Shown: positions 1-9,795, counted from the stretch's first letter. The stretch: DNA of 43,839 bases from a virus (IMGVR_UViG_2734482537_000014), one strand, 5' to 3'. Numbers and translations: made by a program. The notes: a model not told the origin generated them from the sequence alone.

Positions 1-1236
1 CTACGATAACCGCGCATTCAACATGGCTACCTGTTCGTCGTTCATGTCATCAATCCACATACCGTAAATTTCATACACCATCTGCGCAGTTTCATGCCCC
101 ATCTGGCTGGCTATAAACGCCGGGTTCGCTCCTGCCGTCAACAGCCAGCAGGCAAAAGTATGCCGCGTATGGTACGGATTACGGCGGCGAATACCAGCAC
201 GTTTTACTGCTGCATTCCATCTCGCACCCAAACTGCTTACCGAGTAATAAGGTTTCTGTTTTCCGTTACACACTCTGGGCATGAAAACAAAATGCAGTTT
301 TTGCTTTTCGGTTCTGCCGTACTCCCGATGATAAAAAGTGATTTCGCTTTTGCGATGATGCCCGGTCAGTTTGTATTGCTCCTTCAGTGCTTCAAGAGCA
401 GGCTGCAGTAGTGTTACCGTCCGGATCCCCGCATTTGTTTTTGGGGGACCGAACATATCCAGTATCGTCAGGTTTCTTCTGACATTCACAACTCCCTTCT
501 CGAAATCCACATCCTCCCACGCCAGAGCAGCCAGTTCCCCGTGACGAAGCCCGGAGTATACGGCAAATTTCCACAAGTTCTGGCTCTGTCCTTTTTCACT
601 TTCCATTAATGCATTGAATTCTGTTTTAGATAACGGGTCAGGCTTTATTCTGTTTCTCTGTAATTTCTTTACTCCTTCAAATGGTTTGGTTGATATAAAT
701 CCCGACTGATACGCAAAACGTAACAACGAACAGAGCAGGGCGATATAGTTATCAACTGTGCGCACGGTTCTTCCTTTTTTGTTGGATCTTGGATTATCCA
801 GGTAAAGCGTTTCTCCATGCAGCAGTTCATTCCGGTAGTTTAAGATATCGCTATAACGAATATGCGATATCGGAGTACTCTCACAAATTATTATCCTGAG
901 TGTTTTTAATTGTGATTTCGTTTTCTTCATTGTGTTTGTTGTTAACTCTGTTTCTTTAATTTTTGTCCAGATATCACAAAGCTCCCCGAACGTTTTTATG
1001 ACCCTCGTTGTCACCATTTTTGCCCCAGTGCTGGACTGGGGAAAACGTCTTAAATACTCAAACTCACCGGAATTGATTTCATGAACTATCAACGCTCTTA
1101 AATTCCCGGCTTTTTTAATGTTACTGTTAGTAACCTCCCAGCCTTTCAATGTTTCCCGACATCGTTTTCCTCGAAACATGAACCAGATGCGAATGTATTT
1201 ACCTCGAATCTCGACACCTGTTGGTAATTTAGACAT
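1..1236 (-). CDS. intR: Tyrosine-recombinase integrase (Rac IntR-type), 411 aa, complete
   Basis: ORF track 1..1236 minus; stop codon is the reverse complement of positions 1-3; C-terminal HTRHTF...VYEIYG region fits the tyrosine recombinase catalytic motifs; first gene of the leftward operon. Confidence 0.9.
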   Translation of the reverse strand: MSKLPTGVEIRGKYIRIWFMFRGKRCRETLKGWEVTNSNIKKAGNLRALIVHEINSGEFEYLRRFPQSSTGAKMVTTRVIKTFGELCDIWTKIKETELTTNTMKKTKSQLKTLRIIICESTPISHIRYSDILNYRNELLHGETLYLDNPRSNKKGRTVRTVDNYIALLCSLLRFAYQSGFISTKPFEGVKKLQRNRIKPDPLSKTEFNALMESEKGQSQNLWKFAVYSGLRHGELAALAWEDVDFEKGVVNVRRNLTILDMFGPPKTNAGIRTVTLLQPALEALKEQYKLTGHHRKSEITFYHREYGRTEKQKLHFVFMPRVCNGKQKPYYSVSSLGARWNAAVKRAGIRRRNPYHTRHTFACWLLTAGANPAFIASQMGHETAQMVYEIYGMWIDDMNDEQVAMLNARLS

Positions 1237-1237
1237 A

Positions 1238-1453
1238 TCATGAGTCTTTGATAAACTGATTTATCTTTGGATAGTTATACCAGATAATCCCTCGCTTACT
1301 GTCTGGCTTCCCTAAAGGAGATACTCGTTTGAAGTGGAAGCCTTCCACCCAACAGTTCTGGCGGTATGCTTCAATTTGTCTGGCCCCCAGACCAGTGCGA
1401 AGCATCAGGCCGTATTCAACCATCCACTCTTCATTAAAGATTACTTGTGCCAT
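1238..1453 (-). CDS. xisR: Excisionase (YdaQ/XisR-type), 71 aa from ATG at 1453
   Basis: ORF 1238..1477 minus begins with TTG; first ATG gives [14 protein letters not shown]... of 71 aa; directly upstream of and abutting int. Confidence 0.75.
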   Translation of the reverse strand: MAQVIFNEEWMVEYGLMLRTGLGARQIEAYRQNCWVEGFHFKRVSPLGKPDSKRGIIWYNYPKINQFIKDS

Positions 1454-1552
1454 CGCATCACCTCTGGCAGGCGCCAATGTTAGACTTAAATTGACGCCCG
1501 ATGTTGATTATTAATAATCAGCTATGAAGTTTTAATTTGAATACAATGCAAT

Positions 1553-1741
1553 TCACGAGGACTGAAGTTTCTCGCAATTAAAATTTATCAGTTTTACTTT
1601 CTGCTCTCTGGAAACGCCTGCTTCTTTTTTACCTGAGAGCATTTTTTCGCATTCTGATTTCGTTAGTTTAGATTTTGAATATCTTGTCCAGTTAGTAGGA
1701 GTGCCACCTTCCTTTTCAATAGTGGCGGTAATTTTATACAT
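1553..1741 (-). CDS. ydaC: YdaC-like small protein (Rac early-left region)
   Basis: ORF 1553..1813 minus; preferred start is ATG at 1739-1741 (MYKITATIEKEGG...) preceded by GGAGG with about 5-nt spacing; this ATG overlaps the TAA that closes the ralR frame. Longer starts up to 1813 are possible. Confidence 0.6.
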   Translation of the reverse strand: MYKITATIEKEGGTPTNWTRYSKSKLTKSECEKMLSGKKEAGVSREQKVKLINFNCEKLQSS

Positions 1742-1928
1742 GAACACCTCCATTATTATTTCCAGTGGTTCGTTTATTTCATCGTTCGAGTGCTTCTTTT
1801 TCACTTCCACCATAACCGGTTCGGGATTCGCATCCGTTACACTTCGCTCGGTAATATCCTGAAATGGCTTTCACCGTTACTGATGGACAACCACAAAATG
1901 GACATGGTTTAACATTGTCATATCTCAT
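1734..1928 (-). pseudogene. ralR: ralR (restriction alleviation, Lar) frame with an in-frame TGA at codon 50
   Basis: Minus-strand ATG at 1926-1928 gives MRYDNVKPCPFCGCPSVTVKAISGYYRAKCNGCESRTGYGGSEKEALER, then TGA (1779-1781), then 14 more in-frame codons NKRTTGNNNGGVHV and TAA at 1734-1736. Total would be 64 codons, the size I recall for RalR. Too short (49 aa) to appear in the ORF track. Confidence 0.5.
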
Positions 1929-1983
1929 AATTTTTCTCATAAAAATATTTCAAGTTGGCGGTGCATTACACCGCCAGGCTGAA

Positions 1984-2793
1984 TTATTCCTCTGAATTAT
2001 CGATTACACTGTATTCCCCGGTTAATACAGAGGAATCTGCAGGATCGATTGTCAGTGGTTCCTTTTCATCCATTGATACTGCACGCTGGATCTCAATTGA
2101 TACGGGCAGATATTTGAACAGGCGACGAATAGCCGTTTTCTTTGCCATTTCTTCCCAGTGAGTTACCCACGGCCCGTTATTACCAGCTTTACTCTGGCTG
2201 CGCACCAGCTCAATCTGTTTGCGCGTCATAACTTCAAACTGAGTACCTCCGTCTTTCAGTCTTGCGACAGCATAGACGTGGGTAACAGGGGCATCTTCGT
2301 TTTCTCCTGGGCGGTGTATTAACTTTTCATCAAGGCCAAATTCGAAATTAAACTCGTCACCTTCACGGACAACACGGGCTGACAGGCTGGCGATTTGACC
2401 TGAACGGCGAGCCAGATCAATCATGCCGCGATAGCCAATGATTAGCTGAACGTTTTTTTTACCGCTCTTTTCGTTTTTATTACCAAAAGGCAGTAAATAT
2501 GCATGACCGAGGGCGCTACCGGGCTCAAGTCCGAGCTGTGAACACTGTACGATTGCACTGACAAAACTCATAGTGTCACAGTTTCCTAACGCCGGAACTT
2601 TACGAATTTCTGTGGTGGCGATACGGATCATACGTTCAGCCGTCATATGGCGTGGAAGAGCTGCTGCCAGTTGCTCTTTCATTGATGGCTGGTTAATAAA
2701 ACTAATCACGTCGTTATTTTTAATTGCTGCTGGTGCACGGTTTCCCTGAGTTTTTTGCAGATCGGCTTTTGCGATTGGTGGTTGCTTAGTCAT
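1984..2793 (-). CDS. recT: RecT single-strand annealing recombinase, 269 aa
   Basis: ORF 1984..2850 minus; ATG at 2791-2793 gives [23 protein letters not shown]..., matching Rac RecT as recalled; start overlaps the recE stop by 8 nt. Confidence 0.9.
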   Translation of the reverse strand: MTKQPPIAKADLQKTQGNRAPAAIKNNDVISFINQPSMKEQLAAALPRHMTAERMIRIATTEIRKVPALGNCDTMSFVSAIVQCSQLGLEPGSALGHAYLLPFGNKNEKSGKKNVQLIIGYRGMIDLARRSGQIASLSARVVREGDEFNFEFGLDEKLIHRPGENEDAPVTHVYAVARLKDGGTQFEVMTRKQIELVRSQSKAGNNGPWVTHWEEMAKKTAIRRLFKYLPVSIEIQRAVSMDEKEPLTIDPADSSVLTGEYSVIDNSEE

Positions 2794-5386
2794 TTGCATA
2801 TTCCTTAGCCCAGCGGGGCAGTGATAACGTCTTAATAGCTGGCCATTCATCGGTATTGAGGCAGTCAGCCAGGGTTCGCAGATTGCGGTGATATTCCAGC
2901 TGACCTGCCAGTTTTGCTTCTTCGCCCATCATGAAAATTTCAACCGGATAACGTCCGCATTCAATAGTTGTGCTGGCAACCAGAAAAACGAAAGTTGGCT
3001 GCACTCCAAACTGTGCTTCATAACCGTCACTGTAGAATGCATCCTGAACGTGATAGCGGTAGTCGTAATAAGCGGTTTTGAATCGTTGAATATCCGCCGT
3101 AGTTTTCACGTCCATGATCCAGTGAAATTCAGGGATAATTTTGTCCGGACGGCACCGACACAAAATTGCTGTTTCAGGATCTTCCCAGTAAATTGATGAT
3201 TCAGCGTGTCCGGCGCTTTCAACAAGCCATTGCCCCAGCGGCAAAGCCATAACGCTCTGATACATGAGTTCAATTTTCCGGCCTTCTTCGGCAGTGATAA
3301 CCGTTTTTCCTGTGCTTGCGCATTCCCTCAGAAACGCTTTCTCTTCTTCTTTTCCGGAGTTTGTCCGGCGGTTAAATTCAGGTGCTACGATAAAGCGGTT
3401 ACTGAATTCTTCCGGCTCAAGTACCCGGCAGTGGAAAGCGGTTCCTAAATCGAGCGTTTTTGTCTTTGTGGTGTCCACGGGGGCATTTTTACGCCACAAA
3501 TACAGTGCCGGAGTATCAGCAATGTCATCGAGCTGAGACTTACTGACACCGGGACCCGCGTGGTAATTCTCATTCGAAATTCCGTAATAAATACCTGGCT
3601 CTATGTCTTCTACGATTACGGGATCTGCGACTTCGCCAGTTTCATCACTGCAATCGCGATGCGGATCGCTGCCAGCATTCTCATTGTGCGGATGTTCAGC
3701 GCCTTCCATTTCCTCCGGATCATTTTCCTTAGCTTCAACCTGACTCTCTTCATCGAATGTTTCCTGGTATGTTGCGTCGCCCATCACCGCACCACAGTCA
3801 GGGCAGTTATCCCCGCCAGTCTGGCCGCAGGCATTGCAGGCTATTTCCGGTTCCTGTTGCACTACTGGCTCAGGTTGATTCATATCCGGGCTGGTTTTTT
3901 CCGTTTCTGGCTGGTTCTGGTACACACAATCGCGAGTCTGGATCCCCTTTACCCATTTCGGATCGTTCGGGTCGCTAATTCCGTCAACAAATTCACCACG
4001 TGATGCAGCAAGCAATTTATCGGCATCGACAGGATTTTTTGATGGAATGTTTTTCCGGGCTTCATGGAGTTCTGCCCGCAGTTCCTGATATTTCGCATCA
4101 ACAGAATTTACCTGTGACTGAGCATCCAGCGGCTGCGTGTCCTGATGATGTTCAGTTGCGTCCGGTTCCATTGTTTCAGCCTCTCCCTGTTCAACTGCCG
4201 TTGTTCCAGATGGTTGCGGTTTTTCTTCATCATCCTGTTTTCCTTCTTCTGTTACTCGCTGCGGCATCGGGGCAGAGGAGCGACCGCAGGCAATATCCAC
4301 GATTTCCGGATCAGGGTTGGCATGATCGGTTTCAGTCAGTACTTTGTTCAGATATTCAGTGACGTGCGCGGGGATGACCTCGATCCCAATTGGTGCTTCT
4401 TTTACGGACGCAACCACGATGGCGCGGGAATAATCCAGCCCGCCAGGCATGGTGATGAATTTGTCGCGGAAAACAGAAAAGGGCGGTTTATTTTCAGCGA
4501 TAATTTCCTCAATGCGTTTAGCGTGTGCCGGATGAAGGTTATAGATGTCCAGATCCATTGAACGGGCCAGTACGCCAGTGGCTACGTCCCGCGCCAGTGA
4601 CGTCAGATCGTGTACGAAACCTTCGCCGCGATCGGTGAGGTTTCCGCCGCCAGCATTAGCACCGGAAGCCGTGCGAGTGATGTGTGAAACACGATTACCC
4701 TTCATCCACTCTTTTGTCAGCAGTCCTCGATCGGTGTAGTCAGCGTTCAGGTATGCTTCGAAAAAAGCAGTTATCAGTCCCAGGTTTGAATTACCAGGAT
4801 TAGGGAAAACTTTGTCAGTGTCACGAACCAGTTTGTGGAGTTCGCGAATTTCCAGCGGGTCGAGCAGGCTGGTTTTGTGGGAAACAGCCAGGGCAGTAAC
4901 AGCCGGTAGTTCTTCAGCCCGAGCAATGTGTAATGCCTGGAGTCCGTCGCGTGAAACGTGCGTTACCGGTTTTTCGCTGCCGTGTTGAGCAAGCCAACGA
5001 ATGGGCAGTTCCTGGCCAGAAATTGGGAGTAGCATATTCTCCTCAATCTCAGTCATGTCTTCGCCGTTGACGTTGGTATTGCCTTGATAGTGAGCGTTGT
5101 CTGGTGCTGCTCCCGGTTTTAGTTCCCATGTCATGGAGTCTTTGCTGAGTTGATAGCGTTCACTCCAGGTAAAATCGATCTCACCTTCAGCGGGCAGGTC
5201 ATTAACGACAGGAAAATTCGTGGCAACAGCTTTAAAATAGCTGCTCAGTTTTTTACCTGACTTAACGATCAGGTAGTCCAGAGTGGCACAGGTCGATTCA
5301 AAATCGTTGCTTGCCCACAGGACGACGTCAGGTTCACCGGATGATTTTTTCGCTTTCCGTAACAGGAAGAGTGGTTTTGTGCTCAT
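2786..5386 (-). CDS. recE: RecE exonuclease VIII, 866 aa
   Basis: ORF 2786..5386 minus; [24 protein letters not shown]...; length and position upstream of recT match Rac RecE. Confidence 0.9.
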   Translation of the reverse strand: MSTKPLFLLRKAKKSSGEPDVVLWASNDFESTCATLDYLIVKSGKKLSSYFKAVATNFPVVNDLPAEGEIDFTWSERYQLSKDSMTWELKPGAAPDNAHYQGNTNVNGEDMTEIEENMLLPISGQELPIRWLAQHGSEKPVTHVSRDGLQALHIARAEELPAVTALAVSHKTSLLDPLEIRELHKLVRDTDKVFPNPGNSNLGLITAFFEAYLNADYTDRGLLTKEWMKGNRVSHITRTASGANAGGGNLTDRGEGFVHDLTSLARDVATGVLARSMDLDIYNLHPAHAKRIEEIIAENKPPFSVFRDKFITMPGGLDYSRAIVVASVKEAPIGIEVIPAHVTEYLNKVLTETDHANPDPEIVDIACGRSSAPMPQRVTEEGKQDDEEKPQPSGTTAVEQGEAETMEPDATEHHQDTQPLDAQSQVNSVDAKYQELRAELHEARKNIPSKNPVDADKLLAASRGEFVDGISDPNDPKWVKGIQTRDCVYQNQPETEKTSPDMNQPEPVVQQEPEIACNACGQTGGDNCPDCGAVMGDATYQETFDEESQVEAKENDPEEMEGAEHPHNENAGSDPHRDCSDETGEVADPVIVEDIEPGIYYGISNENYHAGPGVSKSQLDDIADTPALYLWRKNAPVDTTKTKTLDLGTAFHCRVLEPEEFSNRFIVAPEFNRRTNSGKEEEKAFLRECASTGKTVITAEEGRKIELMYQSVMALPLGQWLVESAGHAESSIYWEDPETAILCRCRPDKIIPEFHWIMDVKTTADIQRFKTAYYDYRYHVQDAFYSDGYEAQFGVQPTFVFLVASTTIECGRYPVEIFMMGEEAKLAGQLEYHRNLRTLADCLNTDEWPAIKTLSLPRWAKEYAND

Positions 5387-5487
5387 TGTTTTTTAACCTC
5401 AACTCAGATTAAAATTCGTTTTGTTCAGTGAATGATCTTGCCGGATACACACTGTTCATAGCCTGCGCCATACGCAGGCTATTTCTT

Positions 5488-5763
5488 TCAGATTTCACCT
5501 TTTAATTTCATTGCAATTAGAGTTGCCAGAAATTCGGCTTTTTTTTCTGCGGGCAGATTCTTTCCGATATGCACCAGGCACATTTTTTTGACACCTTCAT
5601 CAAGTGTTTTTACGTTGCCTGATGGACCATCGATATCAACCACAGTGAATGGGGTTTCTTTATTTTCTGTTTTAATTACGTAGCCAATGCGCTTTCCTTC
5701 CAGATTCACCTCGTGAACAATGTCATCGGTAGTTACAACAGTGGCTTCATAATTGGTAATCAT
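5488..5763 (-). CDS. racC: RacC, 91 aa
   Basis: ORF 5488..5811 minus; ATG at 5761-5763 (MITNYEATVVTTDDIVHEVN...) preceded by AGGAG on the minus strand. Confidence 0.8.
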   Translation of the reverse strand: MITNYEATVVTTDDIVHEVNLEGKRIGYVIKTENKETPFTVVDIDGPSGNVKTLDEGVKKMCLVHIGKNLPAEKKAEFLATLIAMKLKGEI

Positions 5764-5837
5764 GTTTTTCTCCTTAATTAAGGTTGAGCGAATACCTGCC
5801 ATTTCTGGCATAAATTCAGTTTCGAATAGTCAATTAA

Positions 5838-6008
5838 TTAAAGTTCATGTGCCATCTGGTCTTTTTCGGCACAAGCTTCACTGCAATATTTTCTCGGTTC
5901 GTCTTTTGATAAAATCCCGTGCATGAAGTGAAGCATTCTTTCAATAGCTTTGCTTTCTTCAACGTCTTTTTTGCAAAGGTGGTAAGCACATTTTATTTTC
6001 TTAGTCAT
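5838..6008 (-). CDS. ydaE: YdaE-like Cys-rich small protein, 56 aa (below ORF-track size cutoff)
   Basis: Hand translation of the minus strand: [56 protein letters not shown], stop TAA; start ATG at 6006-6008 overlaps the kilR stop. Confidence 0.75.
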   Translation of the reverse strand: MTKKIKCAYHLCKKDVEESKAIERMLHFMHGILSKDEPRKYCSEACAEKDQMAHEL

Positions 6009-6229
6009 CACCATGACTCCGCCTTTACAGGTAAACCATCACGACCGAGGAAGACTTTAATCATGCGGTCAGTAATGCATGTTTTTGTGGTCAGGTTACG
6101 AATATATAGTTTTCGCTTTTTAATATTGTTTGCCGAGGCAATATATGTCCGGCCTTCATGAAGAACATAATCGCCAGGAGTCACACACTGACGTGGTATT
6201 TCATCAGTTCCGAAGTGATGTGCAATCAT
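6008..6229 (-). CDS. kilR: KilR (FtsZ-targeting killing protein), 73 aa
   Basis: ORF 6008..6241 minus; ATG at 6227-6229 gives [35 protein letters not shown]..., matching Rac KilR as recalled. Confidence 0.85.
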   Translation of the reverse strand: MIAHHFGTDEIPRQCVTPGDYVLHEGRTYIASANNIKKRKLYIRNLTTKTCITDRMIKVFLGRDGLPVKAESW

Positions 6230-6670
6230 AATTATCTCCATTTTTACAAATGAACTTTGTTGATGCGGTGCCTGGTGCCTCCAGGTGACTGCAACCAGTT
6301 AACAATTACAGTCGGCTTTCCCACCCAAACCAATAAGGACTAACATGACTTTTAACTGTGCCACGTGCGCTTAGCCGCATTCACCGCATCACAAAATTCA
6401 CTTTAAAAAGGGCGGACATCAGCCGAACTTCAAGAAAAAAACTGATGCCGCCAGGACTACACACAGCAATGTCGTTATTTACAACCGGAGGCGCACTCCC
6501 ACCATTTAAATTTAACAGACAAGACCGACTCTTTATGGATATCGGAAATGCGCCTTCGTGTTGTGCCCGGTTTTATTTCACCACCTCCGGGCTTCGGTGG
6601 TCTCGGCTATACCCCTACAGCGAGAGCTTGTGTTAACATTTCAATACCCTTACAGTTGAGAGTTATTGAT

Positions 6671-7159
6671 ATGTTGGATGTATTTACTCCATTGTTGAAA
6701 CTTTTTGCTAACGAGCCACTCGAAATACTTATGTATACGATTATCATTTTTGGTCTCACTCTCTGGCTGATACCGAAAGAGTTTACTGTCGCATTCAATG
6801 CTTATACTGAAATACCTTGGCTCTTTCAGATTATCGTTTTTGCCTTTTCTTTCGTGGTCGCCATTTCCTTCTCAAGATTGCGAGCACATATTCAAAAGCA
6901 TTATTCATTACTACCAGAGCAACGAGTATTGCTTCGTTTATCTGAGAAAGAAATCGCTGTATTTAAAGATTTCCTTAAAACAGGAAATCTTATTATCACT
7001 TCTCCTTGCCGTAACCCGGTTATGAAAAAATTAGAACGGAAGGGCATCATTCAACATCAGAGTGATAGCGCAAACTGTTCTTATTATCTCGTCACCGAAA
7101 AATACTCCCATTTTATGAAGTTATTCTGGAACAGCAGGAGTAGACGTTTTAATCGTTAG
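6671..7159 (+). CDS. sieB: SieB superinfection exclusion protein, 162 aa
   Basis: ORF 6548..7159 plus; ATG at 6671 gives MLDVFTPLLKLFANEPLEILMYTIIIFGLTLWLIPKEF... with membrane-like N-terminus; opposite strand to kilR. Confidence 0.8.
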   Translation: MLDVFTPLLKLFANEPLEILMYTIIIFGLTLWLIPKEFTVAFNAYTEIPWLFQIIVFAFSFVVAISFSRLRAHIQKHYSLLPEQRVLLRLSEKEIAVFKDFLKTGNLIITSPCRNPVMKKLERKGIIQHQSDSANCSYYLVTEKYSHFMKLFWNSRSRRFNR

Positions 7160-7311
7160 CTTACTGTGTGCTTCTCCAACCATCGGCGCGCACCAGTTTC
7201 GGTTTTAAATGTTTTGCTTTTGGTATACGTCATGGCAGTGAACGTTCCATCCTGGTTGGGGAACACGCCGCACACCAGGGATTCGTTGTTGCCGAGGTCG
7301 ATTTTTTGCAT
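7156..7311 (-). CDS. ydaF: YdaF-like small protein, 51 aa (not in ORF track)
   Basis: Hand translation of the minus strand from ATG at 7309-7311: MQKIDLGNNESLVCGVFPNQDGTFTAMTYTKSKTFKTETGARRWLEKHTVS, stop at 7156-7158; convergent with and overlapping the sieB 3' end by 4 nt. Confidence 0.6.
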   Translation of the reverse strand: MQKIDLGNNESLVCGVFPNQDGTFTAMTYTKSKTFKTETGARRWLEKHTVS

Positions 7312-7321
7312 TTTGCGAATC

Positions 7322-7456
7322 TCACATCTTGTTGCTGTGTATAGCGACTTCTGCCTGCCAGAGATCCCAGTCGTTGCTGCGTAAAGCCTGCACAGCCTGG
7401 TTGTAAGTGATACCGCAACAATCCATCAAATACTGAACTACTTCGTAATGCACCAT
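7322..7456 (-). CDS. ydaG: YdaG-like small protein, 44 aa
   Basis: ORF 7322..7504 minus; ATG at 7454-7456 (MVHYEVVQYLMDCCGITYNQAVQALRSNDWDLWQAEVAIHSNKM) preceded by AGGGGAGAGA on the minus strand. Confidence 0.65.
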   Translation of the reverse strand: MVHYEVVQYLMDCCGITYNQAVQALRSNDWDLWQAEVAIHSNKM

Positions 7457-7746
7457 CTTATCTCTCCCCTTAACGCCGGGTGGCGGAACTGAAACCTGCT
7501 GCACTGCAAAATCTGAACCCTGCCGTCATGTTCATACGCCTCGGGCTGGCTACTTAACCCCTGACCACTGCCTGGTAACTCGAAGTATTGCCCTGCGTTC
7601 TGTGGGGCGGGGTGGGTTGGTAGGTATATAATGTACTTTGTGTTCATTGATGTAAAGTACTATAAGTACATTTTGTGTGTAAAAAAATGAGATGGGATAA
7701 AGTGAAGCACAAACCCGGAGGGGGACGCTACCGGATTTATGCTGGT

Positions 7747-8166
7747 TTAAGAGGCTTTTTGTTTTTTCTTTCGTGCTAGCTCTTCGTAAATTGCATTGTA
7801 CTTCTGTTTTTTCTCCTCAAGAGTTTTTAAAAGTTCATCTGTCTCACTGTCAGGGAGCTCGTCCAGAAGGTCAATGATGATTTTTTGTCTTGGATTTAAC
7901 TCCTGATAGAAACGTACCTGTCCACTTTCTTCTGTATCCTCTCCCAAAAGATAGGTTGGTGTTGTTCCAATGAGTGTTGCTAATTCCCTTAATTTCTCTC
8001 GGCGAGGAATTGTTTCGCCATTAAACCATTTGCTAACCGCTTTTGGTGTTAATTTCATTCGACGGGCAATTTCTGCCTGCCTTCCATGTTGTTCATAACC
8101 AGCGTTTTCACAGGCTAGCGCAAGCCTACTGGCGAACTCTTTACGCGCTTTATCTTCATGAACCAT
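7747..8166 (-). CDS. racR: Prophage repressor, XRE/cI-like HTH, no S24 peptidase domain (RacR position)
   Basis: ORF 7747..8184 minus; HTH segment RQAEIARRMKLTPKAVSKWFNGETIPRREKLRELATLIG; divergent from the cro-like gene across a 79-bp palindrome-rich spacer. Start taken at ATG 8164-8166; GTG at 8184 is an alternative. Allele may differ from K-12 RacR. Confidence 0.6.
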   Translation of the reverse strand: MVHEDKARKEFASRLALACENAGYEQHGRQAEIARRMKLTPKAVSKWFNGETIPRREKLRELATLIGTTPTYLLGEDTEESGQVRFYQELNPRQKIIIDLLDELPDSETDELLKTLEEKKQKYNAIYEELARKKKQKAS

Positions 8167-8178
8167 AAGTTCAATGAT

Positions 8179-8238
8179 ATTCACTCTTGAATGTACTGTC
8201 AGTTCTGTTATAGCATGTACTCAAAGTTCACATTGTGA
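8179..8238. promoter_or_regulatory. Candidate rightward operator/promoter region between repressor and cro-like gene
   Basis: Direct repeats ATGTACTgtcAGTTC (8191-8205) and ATGTACTcaaAGTTC (8215-8229); palindromes ATTCActctTGAAT (8179-8192) and TCACAtTGTGA (8228-8238); possible -35 TTGAAT (8187-8192) and -10 TATAGC (8209-8214); GAGGGTG Shine-Dalgarno before ATG 8246. Confidence 0.4.
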
Positions 8239-8245
8239 GGGTGAT

Positions 8246-8500
8246 ATGAACCAGAAAACACTTGAAGATGTAATCAAAACTGTTCGCGTTTCTGTTGTGG
8301 CCGACGTTTGTGGTGTCAGCCAAAGAGCAATCTACAAATGGATGGATAACGGAAAATTGCCTCGCACAGAATATACCGGCGAAACAAATTACGCTGAAAA
8401 AATCGCTCATGCATCAAACGGATTATTTTCTGCTGATGTAATTTTAACTATTGGCAGAAATAAAACTACTACGAAAAAGCTGATGGGAGTTGATTCATGA
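8246..8500 (+). CDS. ydaS: Cro-like HTH protein (YdaS position), 84 aa
   Basis: ORF 8174..8500 plus; ATG at 8246 with GAGGGTG Shine-Dalgarno; HTH-like VCGVSQRAIYKWMDNGKLP; stop overlaps the ydaT start (ATGA). Confidence 0.6.
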   Translation: MNQKTLEDVIKTVRVSVVADVCGVSQRAIYKWMDNGKLPRTEYTGETNYAEKIAHASNGLFSADVILTIGRNKTTTKKLMGVDS

Positions 8501-8919
8501 AAATCAAGCATGAGCACATCGAGTCAGTGTTGTTAGCCCTGGCAGCCGAAAAAGGGCAGGCATGGGTAGCCAATGCCATTACTGAAGAATATCTGCGCCA
8601 GGGGGGCGGCGAATTGCCCCTGGTACCAGGCAAGGACTGGAATAATCAGCAGAATATCTATCACCGTTGGTTGAAAGGTGAAACGAAAACGCAAAGAGAA
8701 AAAATTCAGAAGCTGATCCCAGCAATTCTGGCAATCCTTCCGCGCGAGCTGCGTCACCGACTCTGCATCTTCGATACCCTGGAACGCCGTGCATTACTGG
8801 CGGCGCAGGAAGCGTTAAGTACGGCAATTGATGCGCATGATGATGCAGTCCAAGCCGTTTACCGGAAAGCGCATTTCAGCGGCGGCGGGTCTTCCGACGA
8901 TTCTGTCATTGTTCATTAA
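8497..8919 (+). CDS. ydaT: YdaT-family protein, 140 aa
   Basis: ORF 8497..8919 plus; MKIKHEHIESVLLALAAEKGQAWVANAITEEYLRQ...; size and position match Rac YdaT. Confidence 0.7.
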   Translation: MKIKHEHIESVLLALAAEKGQAWVANAITEEYLRQGGGELPLVPGKDWNNQQNIYHRWLKGETKTQREKIQKLIPAILAILPRELRHRLCIFDTLERRALLAAQEALSTAIDAHDDAVQAVYRKAHFSGGGSSDDSVIVH

Positions 8920-8931
8920 GCAAAAGTTTCC

Positions 8932-9789
8932 ATGCTGTTTGTGCTTATTCTAAGCCACCGGGCAGCATCATACGGGGCAATTATGGCCGCATTACCATAC
9001 ATGCAACTGTACATAGCTGATTACCTGGCTGACACCATGCATTTGTCAGCAGAGGAGCATGGTGCGTATTTGTTGCTGATGTTCAATTACTGGCAAACAG
9101 GAAAGCCAATACCTAAAAACAGGCTGGCAAAAATTGCCCGTCTGACTAACGAGCGATGGGCTGATGTTGAACCATCCTTGCAGGAGTTTTTTTGCGATAA
9201 CGGCGAGGAATGGGTGCATCTTCGGATTGAGGAAGATCTGGCATCAGTCAGGGAAAAATTAACCAAAAAATCAGCCGCAGGAAAAGCATCTGTTCAGGCC
9301 AGAAGAAGCAGAAAGGAAGCAGATGTTCAAACAAAACAAGAGAGAAATTTAACAGGTGTTCAAACAGATGTTGAAGTGGTGTTTGAACATGATGTCAACA
9401 CAAAGGCAACTAATAAAGATACAGATAAAGATCTAAAAACAGATCCCCCCCTAAATCCCCCCCGGGGGAATCGAGGTGTCAAAAAGTTTGACCCTCTGGA
9501 TATTGCTTTGCCGAACTGGATTTCTGTCTCGCTTTGGCGTGAGTGGGTTGAATTTCGCCAGGCATTGCGAAAACCGATTCGAACGGAGCAGGGCGCTAAC
9601 GGGGCGATACGGGAGCTGGAAAAATTCCGCCAGCAGGGTTTTTCACCTGAGCAGGTGATTCGACACAGCATCGCCAATGAATACCAGGGCTTGTTCGCGC
9701 CGAAAGGTGTTCGACCTGAGACGTTACTCCGACAGGTTAACACCGTCTCGTTACCGGATAGTGCGATCCCGCCAGGCTTCAGGGGGTAA
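8932..9789 (+). CDS. ydaU: YdaU (DUF1376-type) replication-associated protein, O-like position, 285 aa
   Basis: ORF 8932..9789 plus; immediately upstream of the DnaC-like loader gene; contains an internal iteron-like repeat cluster (see next feature). Alternative start at 8983. Confidence 0.75.
   Translation: MLFVLILSHRAASYGAIMAALPYMQLYIADYLADTMHLSAEEHGAYLLLMFNYWQTGKPIPKNRLAKIARLTNERWADVEPSLQEFFCDNGEEWVHLRIEEDLASVREKLTKKSAAGKASVQARRSRKEADVQTKQERNLTGVQTDVEVVFEHDVNTKATNKDTDKDLKTDPPLNPPRGNRGVKKFDPLDIALPNWISVSLWREWVEFRQALRKPIRTEQGANGAIRELEKFRQQGFSPEQVIRHSIANEYQGLFAPKGVRPETLLRQVNTVSLPDSAIPPGFRG
9324..9468. other. Candidate replication origin inside ydaU (iterons, A-rich stretch, C7/G5 tract)
   Basis: TGTTCAAACA at 9324-9333 and 9357-9366; its reverse complement TGTTTGAACA at 9380-9389; related GATGTCAACA at 9391-9400; then an A-rich stretch (aaagatacagataaagatctaaaaacagat) and CCCCCCCtaaatCCCCCCCGGGGG at 9445-9468. 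Confidence 0.3.
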
Positions 9790-9795
9790 CTGACC

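Noticed and set aside
2888-4739. Series of plus-strand ORFs (64-147 aa) inside the recE region
   Set aside because: All are antisense to the 866-aa recE frame; products are low-complexity with no start context.
6575-6601. Apparent hairpin ccacctccgggcttcggtgg upstream of sieB
   Set aside because: Only the outer 5 bp pair cleanly; the interior does not form a continuous stem and there is no U-run.
6358-6636. 92-aa plus-strand ORF in the kilR-sieB intergenic region
   Set aside because: No ribosome-binding site, runs into the sieB upstream region, product is Arg/Ser-rich with no recognisable features; more likely promoter/leader DNA.
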